From positions 33,358,001 through 33,422,000 of the forward strand of contig NC_087436.1 in assembly GCF_036321535.1 (NCBI RefSeq): a DNA stretch of 64,000 bases, read 5' to 3'. Source of the stretch: Camelus dromedarius. Its lineage: Eukaryota. A program made the translations under genes and the position numbers. Shown in pieces: positions 38,707 to 51,385 of the stretch; positions within the stretch are counted from its first letter, which is position 1, and each line of letters starts with the position of its first letter. The notes under the pieces are model-generated. The model searched no databases, was not told where the DNA came from, and was given only the letters and a program-made list of their open reading frames with translations.

Positions 38707-40104
38707 ATGCTTGGATTTTTCTACAGTACATAAGATATATATTTGATACAAAGACAAAGGACACTCGGTTCTGGTCCTGTGGTCTGTTTTTTCCTATTTT
38801 TGTTGTTAACCTATGTTTTAGAATTGAAGAAAACATATTGAGGTAATGAGATGTCATTAAAATTGCTTAACCCAGAGATTTTGAGGTAGAATTACCCAGG
38901 ATTGTTTTTCCTGTGCGCTTAGAGTACTTCCAACATGTTCAGCTGGGAGAAAAAGACCAAAAGGGAATGGAAATACATATAACACTAGGAGGGATCCCTT
39001 TTAATAAGGAAGTTGGTGATTACCTGAACATCACTGTAACATCCTGTTACTGGTTTGGATGCTTCCATGTACGAGAATAAAAACATATGAGGACTAGAAG
39101 CTTTTTTTATGCACTCCCACTTTGGGAAAGGATATGGAAACAGGGATATCTGAAAATCAAGGTCATGTACAGCTGGGGGCGATTTCCTTTATGGCTTCTG
39201 TGTGTCTCGTGTTAACATACACCATGTAGTTGGTGAGCGATCAAGAGAGGTACACAGTTGTTGGCTCTGGTTAAAAAATGCCTGTAACAGGGTTCAGTGA
39301 ATTTGCTAAACCTATAGGCAGTTTCTGCAGAAAAATACTCTAGGTTTGGTTTTCTAAAGGAAATAAAGGTCAATGCAGTCTGCTTCACATACCCCTCTGC
39401 AATGAACAATAAAATGGCTGTAATATAGATAATTTCTTCCCATATGGAAAAAATATAAGTATTTGTGTAGCCCTATACTAGTTGAAAGCTTCTGCTCAAG
39501 CTGTTTATTTAAAATTTATATGCTGCTCTGGAAGATGTTGGATGATACCAAGTGGGGTAATTATTTTTATTTTTAAATATCTGGCCTTCTACCATATTAT
39601 GTAGTTTTTAAATATGATACAAAAGCACATTTTCAGTGTTTTGATATATATTCATATATATCTAACTTATACATGCATGCAGTACAATTTTCAGTGCTTA
39701 AGAAATATATGGAAATCATATTCCTTCTACCTGGAGAAAGAGAAAGGAAGTGAGTGAACTGGAAATAATGTCTGGTAGGAATGTGGAGCCTGCAGTGCTA
39801 TTGAATTGAGGATAACCCATAGAATAGGTGATACAGAACACAGCACAGAACAGAATGGTTAGAGGCAACAAAATTATCTAACAACACTAGCTTGTAAGCA
39901 TCTCTAAATGTGATTGGAACCTTGATTGAATAACCATAATCTGCTACTTATACGACAGGTTAACACAGAACGTATTTTCCATGTTTGGTTTTAAGGTCAA
40001 ATTTTGTTTTCAGAATTAAGAAATCTTACTTTGGATATTTGGAGTATCATATCCACAATTTATTTTCTGATCTTTGGCTATCTGGAAATCCAGCATTATT
40101 TTAA

Positions 40105-40690
40105 CTGCTAGCAGTTTATTGAACACTGACTACGTGCTAGCTGCCTACTGCTCTAAGTGCTGCAGAATGACTTTCGGAAATTATTGTTAGTGCTGTAAAA
40201 GGCGATTGCCAAATCTCAGTGGCCTAAGACGAAGGTGTATTTCTCATTCATATCAGAGTTTAACTGGGTTTCAGGAGGTGGTCATTCACATGGTAATCAA
40301 AGATGCTGGCTCTTTCCAACTGTGCTGGAAATAGCTAAGACAAAGTAAGAGAACAAAGACCATACCAAATATATTATAGCAAAACCTGGAAGGGGCATAC
40401 ATCATTCTGAATCACACTCTTCTGGCAGGAATGCAGTGGTGTTGCCCCAACCTAAATGAAAGGGAAGCTAAGAGAGGTAATATTCTTCATAGCTTATGAA
40501 TAAAAGAATAGGATTGGTAAACATCGAGCTATTCTATGCCACATTAATATTTATTTGTGTAATTCTCACAGCATAGGTGCTATTACTATCCCCATTTCAC
40601 AGATCAGAAAACTGAGCCACACAGTTTCATACATATCCCAAGTTTTACAAAGAGAAAATGGCAGAGCTGAGCGTTAAAGCCATGAAAATT
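40105..40690 (-). mobile_element. MIR split by an MLT1K/L-like LTR (LTR about 40180-40543)
   Basis: MIR halves tttattgaacactgactacgtgctag and tattactatccccatttcacagatcagaaaactgag flank an MLT1 block (aatctcagtggcctaag...tatttctcattcat...cacccaacctaa-like...tgccaca). Confidence 0.65.
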
Positions 40691-41449
40691 GTTGCCAGAG
40701 ATCAGATTTCTAATTATTATGGACATGAAGTTCAAATAAATGTTACTCAAATCATAAAAGACGCTTTTTTTTTTACTAGACGTTTTCTACTCTTTTCAAA
40801 CTCAAGAGGGAAATGCTTCTTCAACAGATTACTTCAGGGCTATTTATCACTTCATTACAACTCCTAATCTTGGGTGTGAACATGTGTGTGTACAAGTGTA
40901 TGTGTGTGTGCATTCTGAAATATATTCCTTTTAGTTGCTGAATTTTACTCGGAGCCATTATTATCAATCACCTTCAACGTGATTGAAATATCTATTGAAC
41001 ACTATAATCATGCACTTAAATAATTTTAGATTGAAAAAGCCTTGAGAGGTGGGTAAATGCTGGTAGTATTACAGTTTTAGAAAGAAATTGCGACTTAGGG
41101 TAAGTAATTTACCCAAGTGACATCCCTGAGGAGTAATGCTATTAATCTCTTACTCTGGAGTCTGTGATTTTTAGCATGATGATGATCTTCTATAACCATT
41201 TGTTTTTATATGTTTGTGACAAATCTCGGCAGTTTTGCTATTTGCATTGTACACTGCATTCAAGCTTTCCTATGTTTTTGCTATTATGGTTTTTAACCCA
41301 ATTTTGTGGGCTCCTTTTAGATAGTTGGCTGATATGTTGGCACCTGTAGTTTGTTAATGTAATGTAAATAGATATGTAGTGTTTCAACAAGTGTTGTATA
41401 ATTGTCGCAAGTTAGAATCCAGTTGGCTAGCATCCTCACTATTATGGGA

Positions 41450-42420
41450 ACATCCATTATTTACTGTTTCTCCTGCATCTTTAACTCTTAATGCTCTAGG
41501 GATTGATTCAGTCAGCTTTTGAACACAATGAGATAATCTCATCTTTTAAAATAACTTTAAATGCACCAAAAATTACAAATTACTTACGATTTCAGACCTA
41601 TAAGTAAGCAGGGTATGGTATACTATCTTGAGCCCATTGTCCACCCTTCACCGGTTCAGTCCTGGCCTCTTGTGGACAGTAAATGGTTTCTCACTTACCG
41701 TCTTCCAATTTCATGGCTTCAAATGCCATTTCTGCATCGATGACTTCCAAATTTACATTGCTAAGCCACACCCCCAGAACAATGACCTCCAGAGCAATAT
41801 ATTCAAGTGACGTCATCAACATGTTAAATATTCGATTCTTAATCCTCTCCGCAAGTTTTCCCCACCTCCAATTTTCTGTATCTTCATAGTCAGCATACCA
41901 GTCTTCAGGCCAGAAACCTGTGTGTCAGCCTTTGTATTCTACTCTTACTAACTCATACCTCACATCCAATTACAGCTGGAAAATATCAGGAGATTGTTTT
42001 CTCTTTATCCACCTCTATTCTCTAGTAATGTTTTTTTCTGTATTGTAGCCAAAATGATCTTCTAGAAACAAAATCTGACCATGCCATTATACTGCCTAAA
42101 ACCCTCTGAAGTCTTTGGAAGTGCTTAGAATTAAGTGAGAATAAGTAAACATGATATACAAGACCCCACATCATTTGCCCCTGCTTAACATTAGAACTCA
42201 TCTCCTGTCACCCTCTCCCTTCCTTCTGTTATGCATCAGACACACTGGTGTTTGTTGTGTTTCAAAATGTGCTAAGATTTCCTAGTATTGGACATTTGCA
42301 TATGCTTTTTGTTTCTCTCTCTGGAAGAAACACTTATTTTACTCTTCTCCTGGCTCCTACAAATTCCTTGTGTATCAGCATAAATGCTACTTCTTCAGAG
42401 ACATTTTTGTAGTGAATACA
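41450..42420 (+). mobile_element. L2 LINE fragment
   Basis: tcatggcttcaaatgccatt...gatgacttccaaattta, aggccagaaacctg, aaaatgatcttctagaaacaaaatctgaccatgcca, catttgcatatgct. Confidence 0.7.
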
Positions 42421-43014
42421 AATCCCAGGCCAAAACAGTGTTGATTTCTTGTTTTAACAGGCAGTTAACTGGGCTGATCTTAAATTCCACACTGTGCTCC
42501 TTGGCAGTGGGCAGCGGCCGAGATCCCTGTTCCCTCCTTTAACCGTAGCCAGGCTGACACCAGTGTGCCTGTGTATGCAGGGTTCAGGGACCAGCCAGGA
42601 ACATGGGCTTAGCCTCTCCTGTTCTCTCCTGGGATAGCCCCCCTCCACTTTGCAGCTGCTGTAGGAGCCAAGAAGTCTTTCCTCTGATTCCTCAAGCCAG
42701 TAAGAGATCAGGCTTCTGTCAAAGAGTTGGTCTTCACGGAGGTGACTCCATGCTTCCCTCAGGAGGAAAGTTGTAAATGTGGGGAACTCGACAAGTGCTA
42801 TTCATTTCCTTCTGCCAATGTGTTTACTGCTCACCAGTTTTTGCCTGCTTCTCCTTTGCCTCTAGGCATGGATGTATCTCTGTGTGTAAATACATATTTT
42901 GTTCAGTGTTTCCCATTGTTTCCTGTGGGAGGGTTTGTCTGATATGAGCTACTCCACCCTTACCAGAAGCATAACTTCCGTGTTCAAACAAATAGGCAAA
43001 ATTATTAAATAACA

Positions 43015-43490
43015 ATTGTTTGTCAGATATTCTGCTAAGTGGTAGCAGTCAATATGGTCTGTCAGCTGAAGGATTTATGTTCTATTTTTGGAGAGACATT
43101 AAATAATTACCCACATAATTAATTGAAATTGTCAAAAGGGATATGAAAGTGAATTTCAGGGGACATGAGACTACATACCAGAGAAAACTTACTTCCCTAG
43201 TTGAATTAGAAAAGGCTTCTAGAGGAATGAAGTATTGACTAATATTTGAGAGTTCTTAAAAGTTAACTACTCAGGAGGTCAGGGTCAGCTAGAGTGGAGA
43301 AAGCATTTCATGTAGAAAGAATATTGGAATGGAATTCTCGAAGCAGGAAAGAAGAACCTTTGGAAGAATGTCAATGTGACCCGAGTTTAGAGAATGAGGA
43401 AAAAGAATAGTGATGTAGAGTTTGTTTTAGGAAAAATAGTGTCATTGAAGCATTTTAAGTAGGAAAGTCGTTTGTTCAGGCTTGTGGCTT
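43015..43490 (-). mobile_element. L2 fragment
   Basis: agaaaaggcttctagaggaatgaag, aagcatttcatgtagaaag, cattgaagcattttaagtaggaaagt resemble antisense L2. Confidence 0.5.
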
Positions 43491-44939
43491 TACTACAAAA
43501 AAATAATATTTGAGTGTGTAACTTCTAAAAATTTGAAGATTTATGATACTAAAGAGTGAAATTGTAAACTGTATTTTAAATTGTCCTTATAGGGTAAGCA
43601 TTTTTCCTGCCTAATTAATTTGTACATTTTATCAAGTACTTAGTATTCCAATGAAAGTATGCCCTGTAGCTTTTTTCAACTTTTAAAGTTTTATTTGATT
43701 ATTTTCAAATTAGCCAGTTCACATCATGCGCCTATGAATATCTTTGTACAAAATTCTTTCTGACATTTAGAAAGTTAAAGGTATCTTACCATATACCTTG
43801 ATAATTTGAAGATAAAGTTGCTTGTAATATAACATTATTGAAGAAAACTTAAACATCAAGTAACTGAACTAAATTTTTTTAAATGAGTTGCTTTAAATAA
43901 AGCACCACTTCTGTAGATCTCTGTCAAGTATCCTTGTAAATGACTTCAGTGAATAAAACTATCATCAAAATATGAAAGTTCCATCACAGATCACCCTGTT
44001 TCTGGGGAGGAATCTTTCAGGACGCCACAAGATGCTTTTGAGCATTAAGTGTTCCTTAACATGATGACATTTGTGATTATATTCACACAAATTGCTTGAA
44101 AAACTCCAAATACCTTAATTACTTCACAGCTGCAATATTTTCAAACTCGTTTGAAGATTTTCCAGGAAAAGTGCACTTTATGTCTGATTAAGAGAACTAT
44201 CCCAAGTGGAAACCATGGTTTGGCTTGCTTTCTGTTAAATCTGTGTGTGAATGAAAACTACAGCTGAGGGTGATTATAAAGAGACTGTTCGAAACTTAAA
44301 GAGACAGTAAGTGTTCAAGTGATCAAGCAATTACCGAAAGTGCCGGCATGATTGTTCCTAGATCTTTTGTTGCATTAAATGAAGAATTTTTTTTCCCCAT
44401 ACTGTAGCTCAGTATAGTACTTTGTCTACGTTCTCAGCCGACTGTCACCTTCATCGACACAAGCATAAAACTGGTTTAACAGAGCTTCTGGGCAAATATA
44501 TGATGGATCCAGTTCTTAGAGCTTCCTGTCTGTAGGTCTGTAGGTAATGCTGCAGTCATTTTGGATTAGTGATAAACGGTCATGAAATTGGAAACAGGTT
44601 CCTCTGGCTTTTCAAAAGAATCTGAAAAAAACACAACTACGTGCACCCAGAAAGTGTGAGTCCAACTCAAACATCATAAAATAATACACAGTGCATGCTT
44701 AACGGCATGTCGGCCCATGTGAACCTATTAAATGACATTGCCTGATGCCAAAGTCAAGTATGGTTTCAACATCCAAGTGTGTAGAAATTTGGAGCAGTCT
44801 TAGCTTGTTTCAACTAATGACACAGCGTTATATTTACCCTTGTGATAACAGAAAAACATGCTTTACTCTCTTTCCATCAGGACGGTTAATAAGGGATGCT
44901 TTGCATTTACTACCCTTGGAGATACAGACTATAAAATGA

Positions 44940-45170
44940 CAACACCAGCAACAGTAATGGTGTTAAACCTTTAAAGTGTATCAGGAGATTTCCAAATATT
45001 ACCTCATTTAATTCTCACTATTAATTATTTTGCTGTTATCCCCATTTTGAGGTGGAGGAAGCTGTCTCTGGACTTTTACATAGCTAACCCATGGCCATAG
45101 AACCAATGAATGGTGATGACTGATTTAACATAGCTTATTTGAGATCAGAGTGCTGTTGAGTCAGAAGTCC
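44940..45170 (-). mobile_element. MIR SINE
   Basis: attacctcatttaattctcac...tgttatccccattttgaggtggaggaagctg...aacccatggccatag. Confidence 0.65.
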
Positions 45171-47079
45171 CTGCCCTGGAGAACATCCCTGTGCTGAGAA
45201 TACCAGGCATCTCCTGATGAGACAGCTCAGCTTCCTTCTGTAGATATCAGATTCCACTTCTGCCTGTAGAATGAAGTCTGCAGGCAAAAATGGCCTTGTA
45301 GTAGGTCCCCGTGGGCACTTCGATGATGTGAGGCCCCATTTCATTGCTTTTTGCCACAGAAAATACTGTTGCTTCTTATAGCTCTAAACTGTCCAGCCCA
45401 CAGAAGCACCATCTCAGAAAATGTATAAATAGGGTCACAGTGGTCTTCAACTTGTGGTGATGCCTCCGTCATCTCTTTATTCAGGTGTCTCCAAGACCAA
45501 AATGTTGGAAAGACAACAAATTAATACTTAGACTCTGTAACTCTCTACAACATCCAATTTAAAGGGATCCCCTTCTGTGTTATTCTACTTCGTCAACCAA
45601 GCAGAAAACAGATCCAGCAGGGAGCCTCCCTGGGAATGGATACCAAGATATTCACCTCTAGTTTTAAGACTTTCTATTTCTTATTAGGGAAATTGGAGAA
45701 TAAGGAGCATCGACATCTAGGACTTTGGGAGGTGAAGCGTGTGAAATGTAAGACTCGGAGGCTTTCGGCACATATTCAAATTTGGGAGGTAGCCCTTCTG
45801 TTCACTCTGACTTAACCATTATAGAAAAATTATTCATCCCCATCATCACCTCTTATGAGATCCTATAAAAGATTTCTATGTTTCCATGAGGAGGTAGAAG
45901 TGTGAAGGATTTGATGCCTAAGTGGTCATTATTTCCAGAGCTGGAGTAAGCATCTAATACATAGTTTCAAGGGTGAAAAGAAACCCACCCCCTAACTCCT
46001 AGATTCATCTCTCACCTGCTCACAGAGATCATAAATTATTAAAGTTAAGTACAGGGTCAGTCCTCTGATTTAAGGCTCCTTGTCAGGGGTTAAAATTCAG
46101 ATGCACCTGGGAAAGACAATGCACTAAGCTTTGTAAATCACAGTGTGATGAGTTAACCAGATCTTTTCATGAAGACATGTTTTGTTAGAGCAGGGCACTA
46201 AACAGAGATGAAGAGTGTGAGCATAGGACTGAAAAAGGTCAGGGATACATCAGGAAGGCTTGGAAAGGCTTCACAAATCCACGAGAATCTCTTCATCTGC
46301 TGACTCTGAGTGATAAGGTCACTGCTCATAGTGACAAGAGACATTGCGGTGAGCCTAACCAGAACGCTAGCCCTTCACAGCTGCCAGTCTGGAAAGCATG
46401 ATGTACCACAGGGCAGGTGAGCATTGTCTCCAACAAGCAGCCCTGAAAATAAGAAGTGTTGAGATAGGCTCCATACAGGATGCAATCCCCCTAAATAATC
46501 AACTGATTTGAGGAGGAGGGAAGGAATCTGAGAAATCATTTATTCTGTGTATCTCATCAAAAATTGTTCTCTCGCAGACACTTGTGAGTCTATAAATCCA
46601 TGACCGGAACACAAGTGAGTAACAGTTCCTCATAAGCAAGGCCCTTGTGTAGGCTCTCTGTTTTTGAGATTTGTTCAGCAATGACAGCTCTGGGTTAGCA
46701 CACTAATCACCACCCCAGATGAAATGACCTAATACCAATAAGGGGCTCCTTTCATCATAATAGCCCTCCACCTTGAGCTTGCATCGACAATGAATCACAT
46801 TCCAAATGTTTGAGAGAGATAATATTTTGTTGATGATGATGCTTAAAACAAACAAAACTCATGGCTACTATCCGAGCACAGAGGTTTGTTCTGGCATTTT
46901 CCGAAGCATGAAAATGTGAGTCTCTGAAGCCTCTTTGTACAGAAACTGTTCCGGTACCTATGGGTTGTCTGAATGCAGCCAGCTTGTGCTTACTGAAGGA
47001 GTCGTAAATTTGACTTTCCTCACTTAACAGTCTCGTAATATCTCAAAACAACACTGCACTCGTGTAACAGTTTTAACAT

Positions 47080-47620
47080 TTAATATTTTGTCATGCCACA
47101 GAAACAGGGAGAGACGTGATTGATTGGGCATTGTGCGCAGGACACTGAGTCATTGACTTGGGAGAAAACTTGAGGAAAGGTAAACAAATTAATCAGTTTG
47201 ATTCTACCGTTTATGCTGAGGCATAATACAGCAGCGCTCGCTGCAAGAGGAAATGGTGAAAACATGGAGTGGCCTGGGGAATACTGGAGAAAAATGTAAG
47301 GAGCTCTGCCTCCTGGTTTACTGCTACCAGTAGCAGAGGAATTTTCTTTGTATTAGTTCGTGTAATATATCCAAAGTCTGGCTTGATTCTGTACCCCACA
47401 CTCCTGTACTAGTATGAATTCTGTAAGCAATTCCACCTTCCAGACTGCCCAGGCCTGTCTTCTACTCTTTGACTTTTGGGGAAACTTAGAGACCAATAGT
47501 CACAAGAATGGATTTACCTAAGAAACACACTGCCTGTTCGGTGGTAAAGCTCATGAGGCCTCTAAAACAGTCCCTTCTGCAGAGTTCTGTAAAAATAATT
47601 GAGTCAGTGGATCAGTAAGC
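47080..47620. promoter_or_regulatory. Candidate enhancer (motif cluster in unique DNA)
   Basis: TGATTGAT 47117-47124, AP-1 TGAGTCA 47146-47152 and 47600-47606, Forkhead GTAAACAA 47180-47187, and locally retained CpGs. Confidence 0.35.
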
Positions 47621-48788
47621 TGCTTCTATCGTTTGTTTCATTTTCCTTCAAGATCTTAAAAAAAACATACATTTATGTATTAGTCTTAGCAACTGAATTT
47701 TATCCCTTTGTATATCATATGGTGAAGCTAACATTTTGACTATAAAAACATGCGCAAAAGGGTTGCTTCACAACTGTTTCAATGCTTTAGAAATTGCTGT
47801 CAGAGAAAAATGACAAGGAAAAATGTAAGTAAATATGATTTAAGAATACAATATGAAATAGATTCGCTAAACATTGTATATGAGTAATTAAATTACTTAA
47901 GGTCATTTTGAGCTTGAGAGCTTACTAATTCCTTTCCAAATTATTACCTAATTTGGGGCCTTCAGCAAACATGTGGGGCAGATGCCTTTTTAATCTAAAG
48001 AGATAACAGTGACATTTCAAAATATGTCACTAGTACATGAGACTCAGGAATGCCAAGGGAAATGGATAAATAGCAGTATGAAGACCTGAACCTAGGCTGT
48101 CTGACTTTAACTATTAAAAATACTTTAATTTTGAACACAGTGTTGTGTGTGTGTGTCAGAATACATAATTGGAAAATATTTTGTACTAAGGTAATTAGCA
48201 TAAATTCATCTCATGGTGTACATGCATTTATTAAAGCATAAACTATAATTATATAGATGTGTGCCTTTCTAATATGTATATACATGCATGTAGATATATT
48301 TATATACACTACAGAAATATATTCTATATCTTTGTATGTGTATCTATTTATCTGTCTATAGATAGTAGATATAATCTTCTAGTCTAAAAGTTATTGACAT
48401 TGAAGTGAAGTCTGCACTGTGGTAAGCTGCATTCTTCATGATTTAAAGTTACTAAGTACTATTCAGAGTATTTCAGAGAATTAATGAATAGAGATATGAA
48501 ACTATCGATTCATTTATTCAGAAAACTTAATTTTAAGATACAATAATCTTATGGCAATATTTAAAAATATAACATACCTAGTTTTTAGTAAAGAAAACTC
48601 CTTTTTGTCAAGTGTAATAATCTACCTATTATTGTAAACTGGAAAGAACTGGGTCTAGTTGCCCCAGATACAGGTTAGAGGTCAGACAAGCCCATGTTCA
48701 TGGAATGAAGTATCATAAAGTTTCTGATGAAATTGAAGATGGACAGAAAGATTTCCGTAATCTTCTATTTTCATGAACAGTTACAATC

Positions 48789-48803
48789 TGTGTGTGTGTG
48801 TGT
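48789..48803. repeat. (TG)n microsatellite
   Basis: tgtgtgtgtgtgtgt; similar short or degenerate TG and TA tracts at about 30007, 31650, 33150-33240, 36975, 40885, 48140, 50057 and 53870. Confidence 0.85.
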
Positions 48804-51219
48804 CATAAAAAAAATGAGAGAGGTAGAGCTTCCAGTTTTTACATTAGTAGTTTCTAGAGGAACAACAAATCTAGGATTATGGTCTCATCAATTACAGTTT
48901 TCGGAATGCATCTTTAAGCTATATTCACCTTGGCACGTGGACAAATACATCTAAAAGGAAAATTGGCTTGTTAGAAGTGCGGAGTAACTTTTCTCTAAAG
49001 AACTCATGACACTGTCTTAGGATTTTGTATGTAAAAGAAATCAAAGAAGGAAGCACATGGGACATACTGCTAGATGCACTAATATTTGCTTAACCTTAAA
49101 ATTGACTTTGGAAAGAACAACTTCCCAGGGAATATGGAACCCTTGAAATAAATGAGCCAACATGTTCAGGAAGAAGCTGTGTGACAGGCTTTCCATAGCT
49201 TTGACCTCAAATGTAAACATGAGGCCAAAGAGCCCCCTGGTGTTCCTGGAACCCAAACTTACCCAAGTGAACAAATCTGCTATGTTCCCATTTAGAGGGC
49301 AGTGGATATTAGAGAGCCCAAAAGCAAATGAAAGCGAGATGGAACTTGAACTTTGTTACATGAGTATGTTTCTAAGAAAGAATGTTCTTCCCCAGTAGTA
49401 AAAATTTAATCCATCTGTGGGGACAAGAACCATAAAGGAAAGTGCTTAAGCATGAAGGAGCTTCGATTTATATTTCTACTCATCTTCTAGGTCTGCTTGG
49501 GATTCTGAGACTTGGCAGACGGGGTGGTGTCATCTTGGTGGGCTATAGTGGAGATTTACACTGTCTGTCTCAGCCAGCTTTCAAGTTTTATTTGTGCTGT
49601 CTGGGTTCTCAGCAAGGCTGTTCCTCAGCCTCAGCAGGTTAAAGGCTACAGCAAGGCGCTCGGTGCACCAGCCAACAGCGAGAAAGCAGATTATGATCAT
49701 GGGGATGGGTTCTTTCTGGACAGATGCCTTTTCTGTCTTTCTGCACGCTTTGGTAAACTGAACATTTAACTTCCTTTGTTTTGAGTTATGTAATCCCTCA
49801 GGAGATTTAGCCAGCGGAATGTTAACCCTTTCTACCAAAGCAAACTCTTAGCTAACCTCCAATTTTCCCTAAGGGAAAAACAGAGTTCTCTAAGCTCCTT
49901 TAGGAAAGGTTAGCTTTGGGTCACTGAAAGTAGCAGAGGAACACTGTGCCATGAATGACACATCATGAGTGATTATGGAAGAGCTAAAAAAAGGAAACTA
50001 ATTGATGGTACAATCAGTGCGTATCAGAAAAAATCACCTGTTTCTAATACTTGCTTTATATATATATATTTTTTTCTACTCAAATTATATTTCAAAGAGA
50101 GAGAGAGACACTGAAGCATGTTTGCACCAAAAAAGCACCATTTTAGGGCCTAACTGTAAAAATATATTCGTTAGTGAAAACTGTGAGGATTTACATTGGA
50201 AAATTACATGAACATTTATACTTTAATATGAGTGACGCTGATAAAGTAAATACTTGTAAAGTGTTAGTAATACCACAATATTATAACTGAAGTTGCAAAA
50301 ACTCCGATATAGGAATGCCTGCTTAATGCTCTCCAAACCATGTTTCTTAAGCTGCAGGAGCAGAAACCCCGTATTCTTAGTCCCAGTAACTGCTATTCGT
50401 GATTGAATTATATACATATAGGAAACTCCTTACCTAAAGATGGTTTTGGAGAGCCAAGTAAACCAGGGATTGCAATGAACTAGTTTTACTGTTACTGTTT
50501 ACAACAGTTTAATGGAGTGAAAGATTAAGAACTCAGCAACTCTGTTAAGAGTCTTAGCCTTGCAAGAAGAATGTTGCTCAGCATTGACCGAGGTCAGCAA
50601 ACAGCCTAGTGTGTTCATCGGCTGTCTGTGTCCTGGGTTGCCTTTAATTTATCCTTTCTTAACTTGAACCCCAGTCGCTTCTTTCTCAGATCCTGACGTC
50701 TGTTACAATTAAACAGTCAGCTGTGCAGGCTAAGCTCTTGTGAGGTTTGTGTGTTGTGTTCTCCACTGATATAAGGTCATTACACTCTAATTGTGTGGTT
50801 TAAGTGTGACTGTGTATATAATTTACTCTGTATTAGTTTGCTTCACCATACCTCACCATATTATAGTTATTATAACATTATTTGCTTTGCACGAATCTCA
50901 ATTTAATAGCTACGTCTAGAAGTAGACTAGACTTTGGGTTCTGTGCAATGAGGAGTCTTGCATCTTTTCCCATGATTGTATTTGTAGCACCTTACTGGTG
51001 TTTAGCACATGTAAGCCCTCAAAACATTTGGTTGAATGAAGAAATAGACCAAGATCCACAAGTTCGGTGATTTTTTATTTTTATTCCAATCCTAATCTGA
51101 TAAATGTCTTAGATACAAATAGACTCATCTGGTAAATATCATGTCAGATTATAAATACAATACCTTCCTTTTGCTGTGACTTTGCAGTTTCTTTCCAAAT
51201 AAATACATCTTACGGTCAG

Positions 51220-51385
51220 ATTCCTATGTTGAAATCATGAGCTCAACCAGCTGAATGACCTGAGAATTTTACTCACCCTTCCTCTCAAATTATGATAATA
51301 AAACATATTAAGGCTATTGTGAGGATTAAGTGATTTCATACATGGCACAAAGTAAATGACAGGAGCTCTTACAAGTGTTACTATT
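51220..51385 (+). mobile_element. MIR SINE remnant
   Basis: ccagctgaatgacctgag...aaggctattgtgaggattaagtga...tggcacaaagtaa. Confidence 0.5.

Noticed and set aside
49850..49915. Nested short inverted repeats (ttttccct-a-agggaaaa; agctaacct...aggttagct)
   Set aside because: Arms are only 8-9 bp and partly low-complexity, which is expected by chance in 64 kb of AT-rich DNA; there is no long stem.
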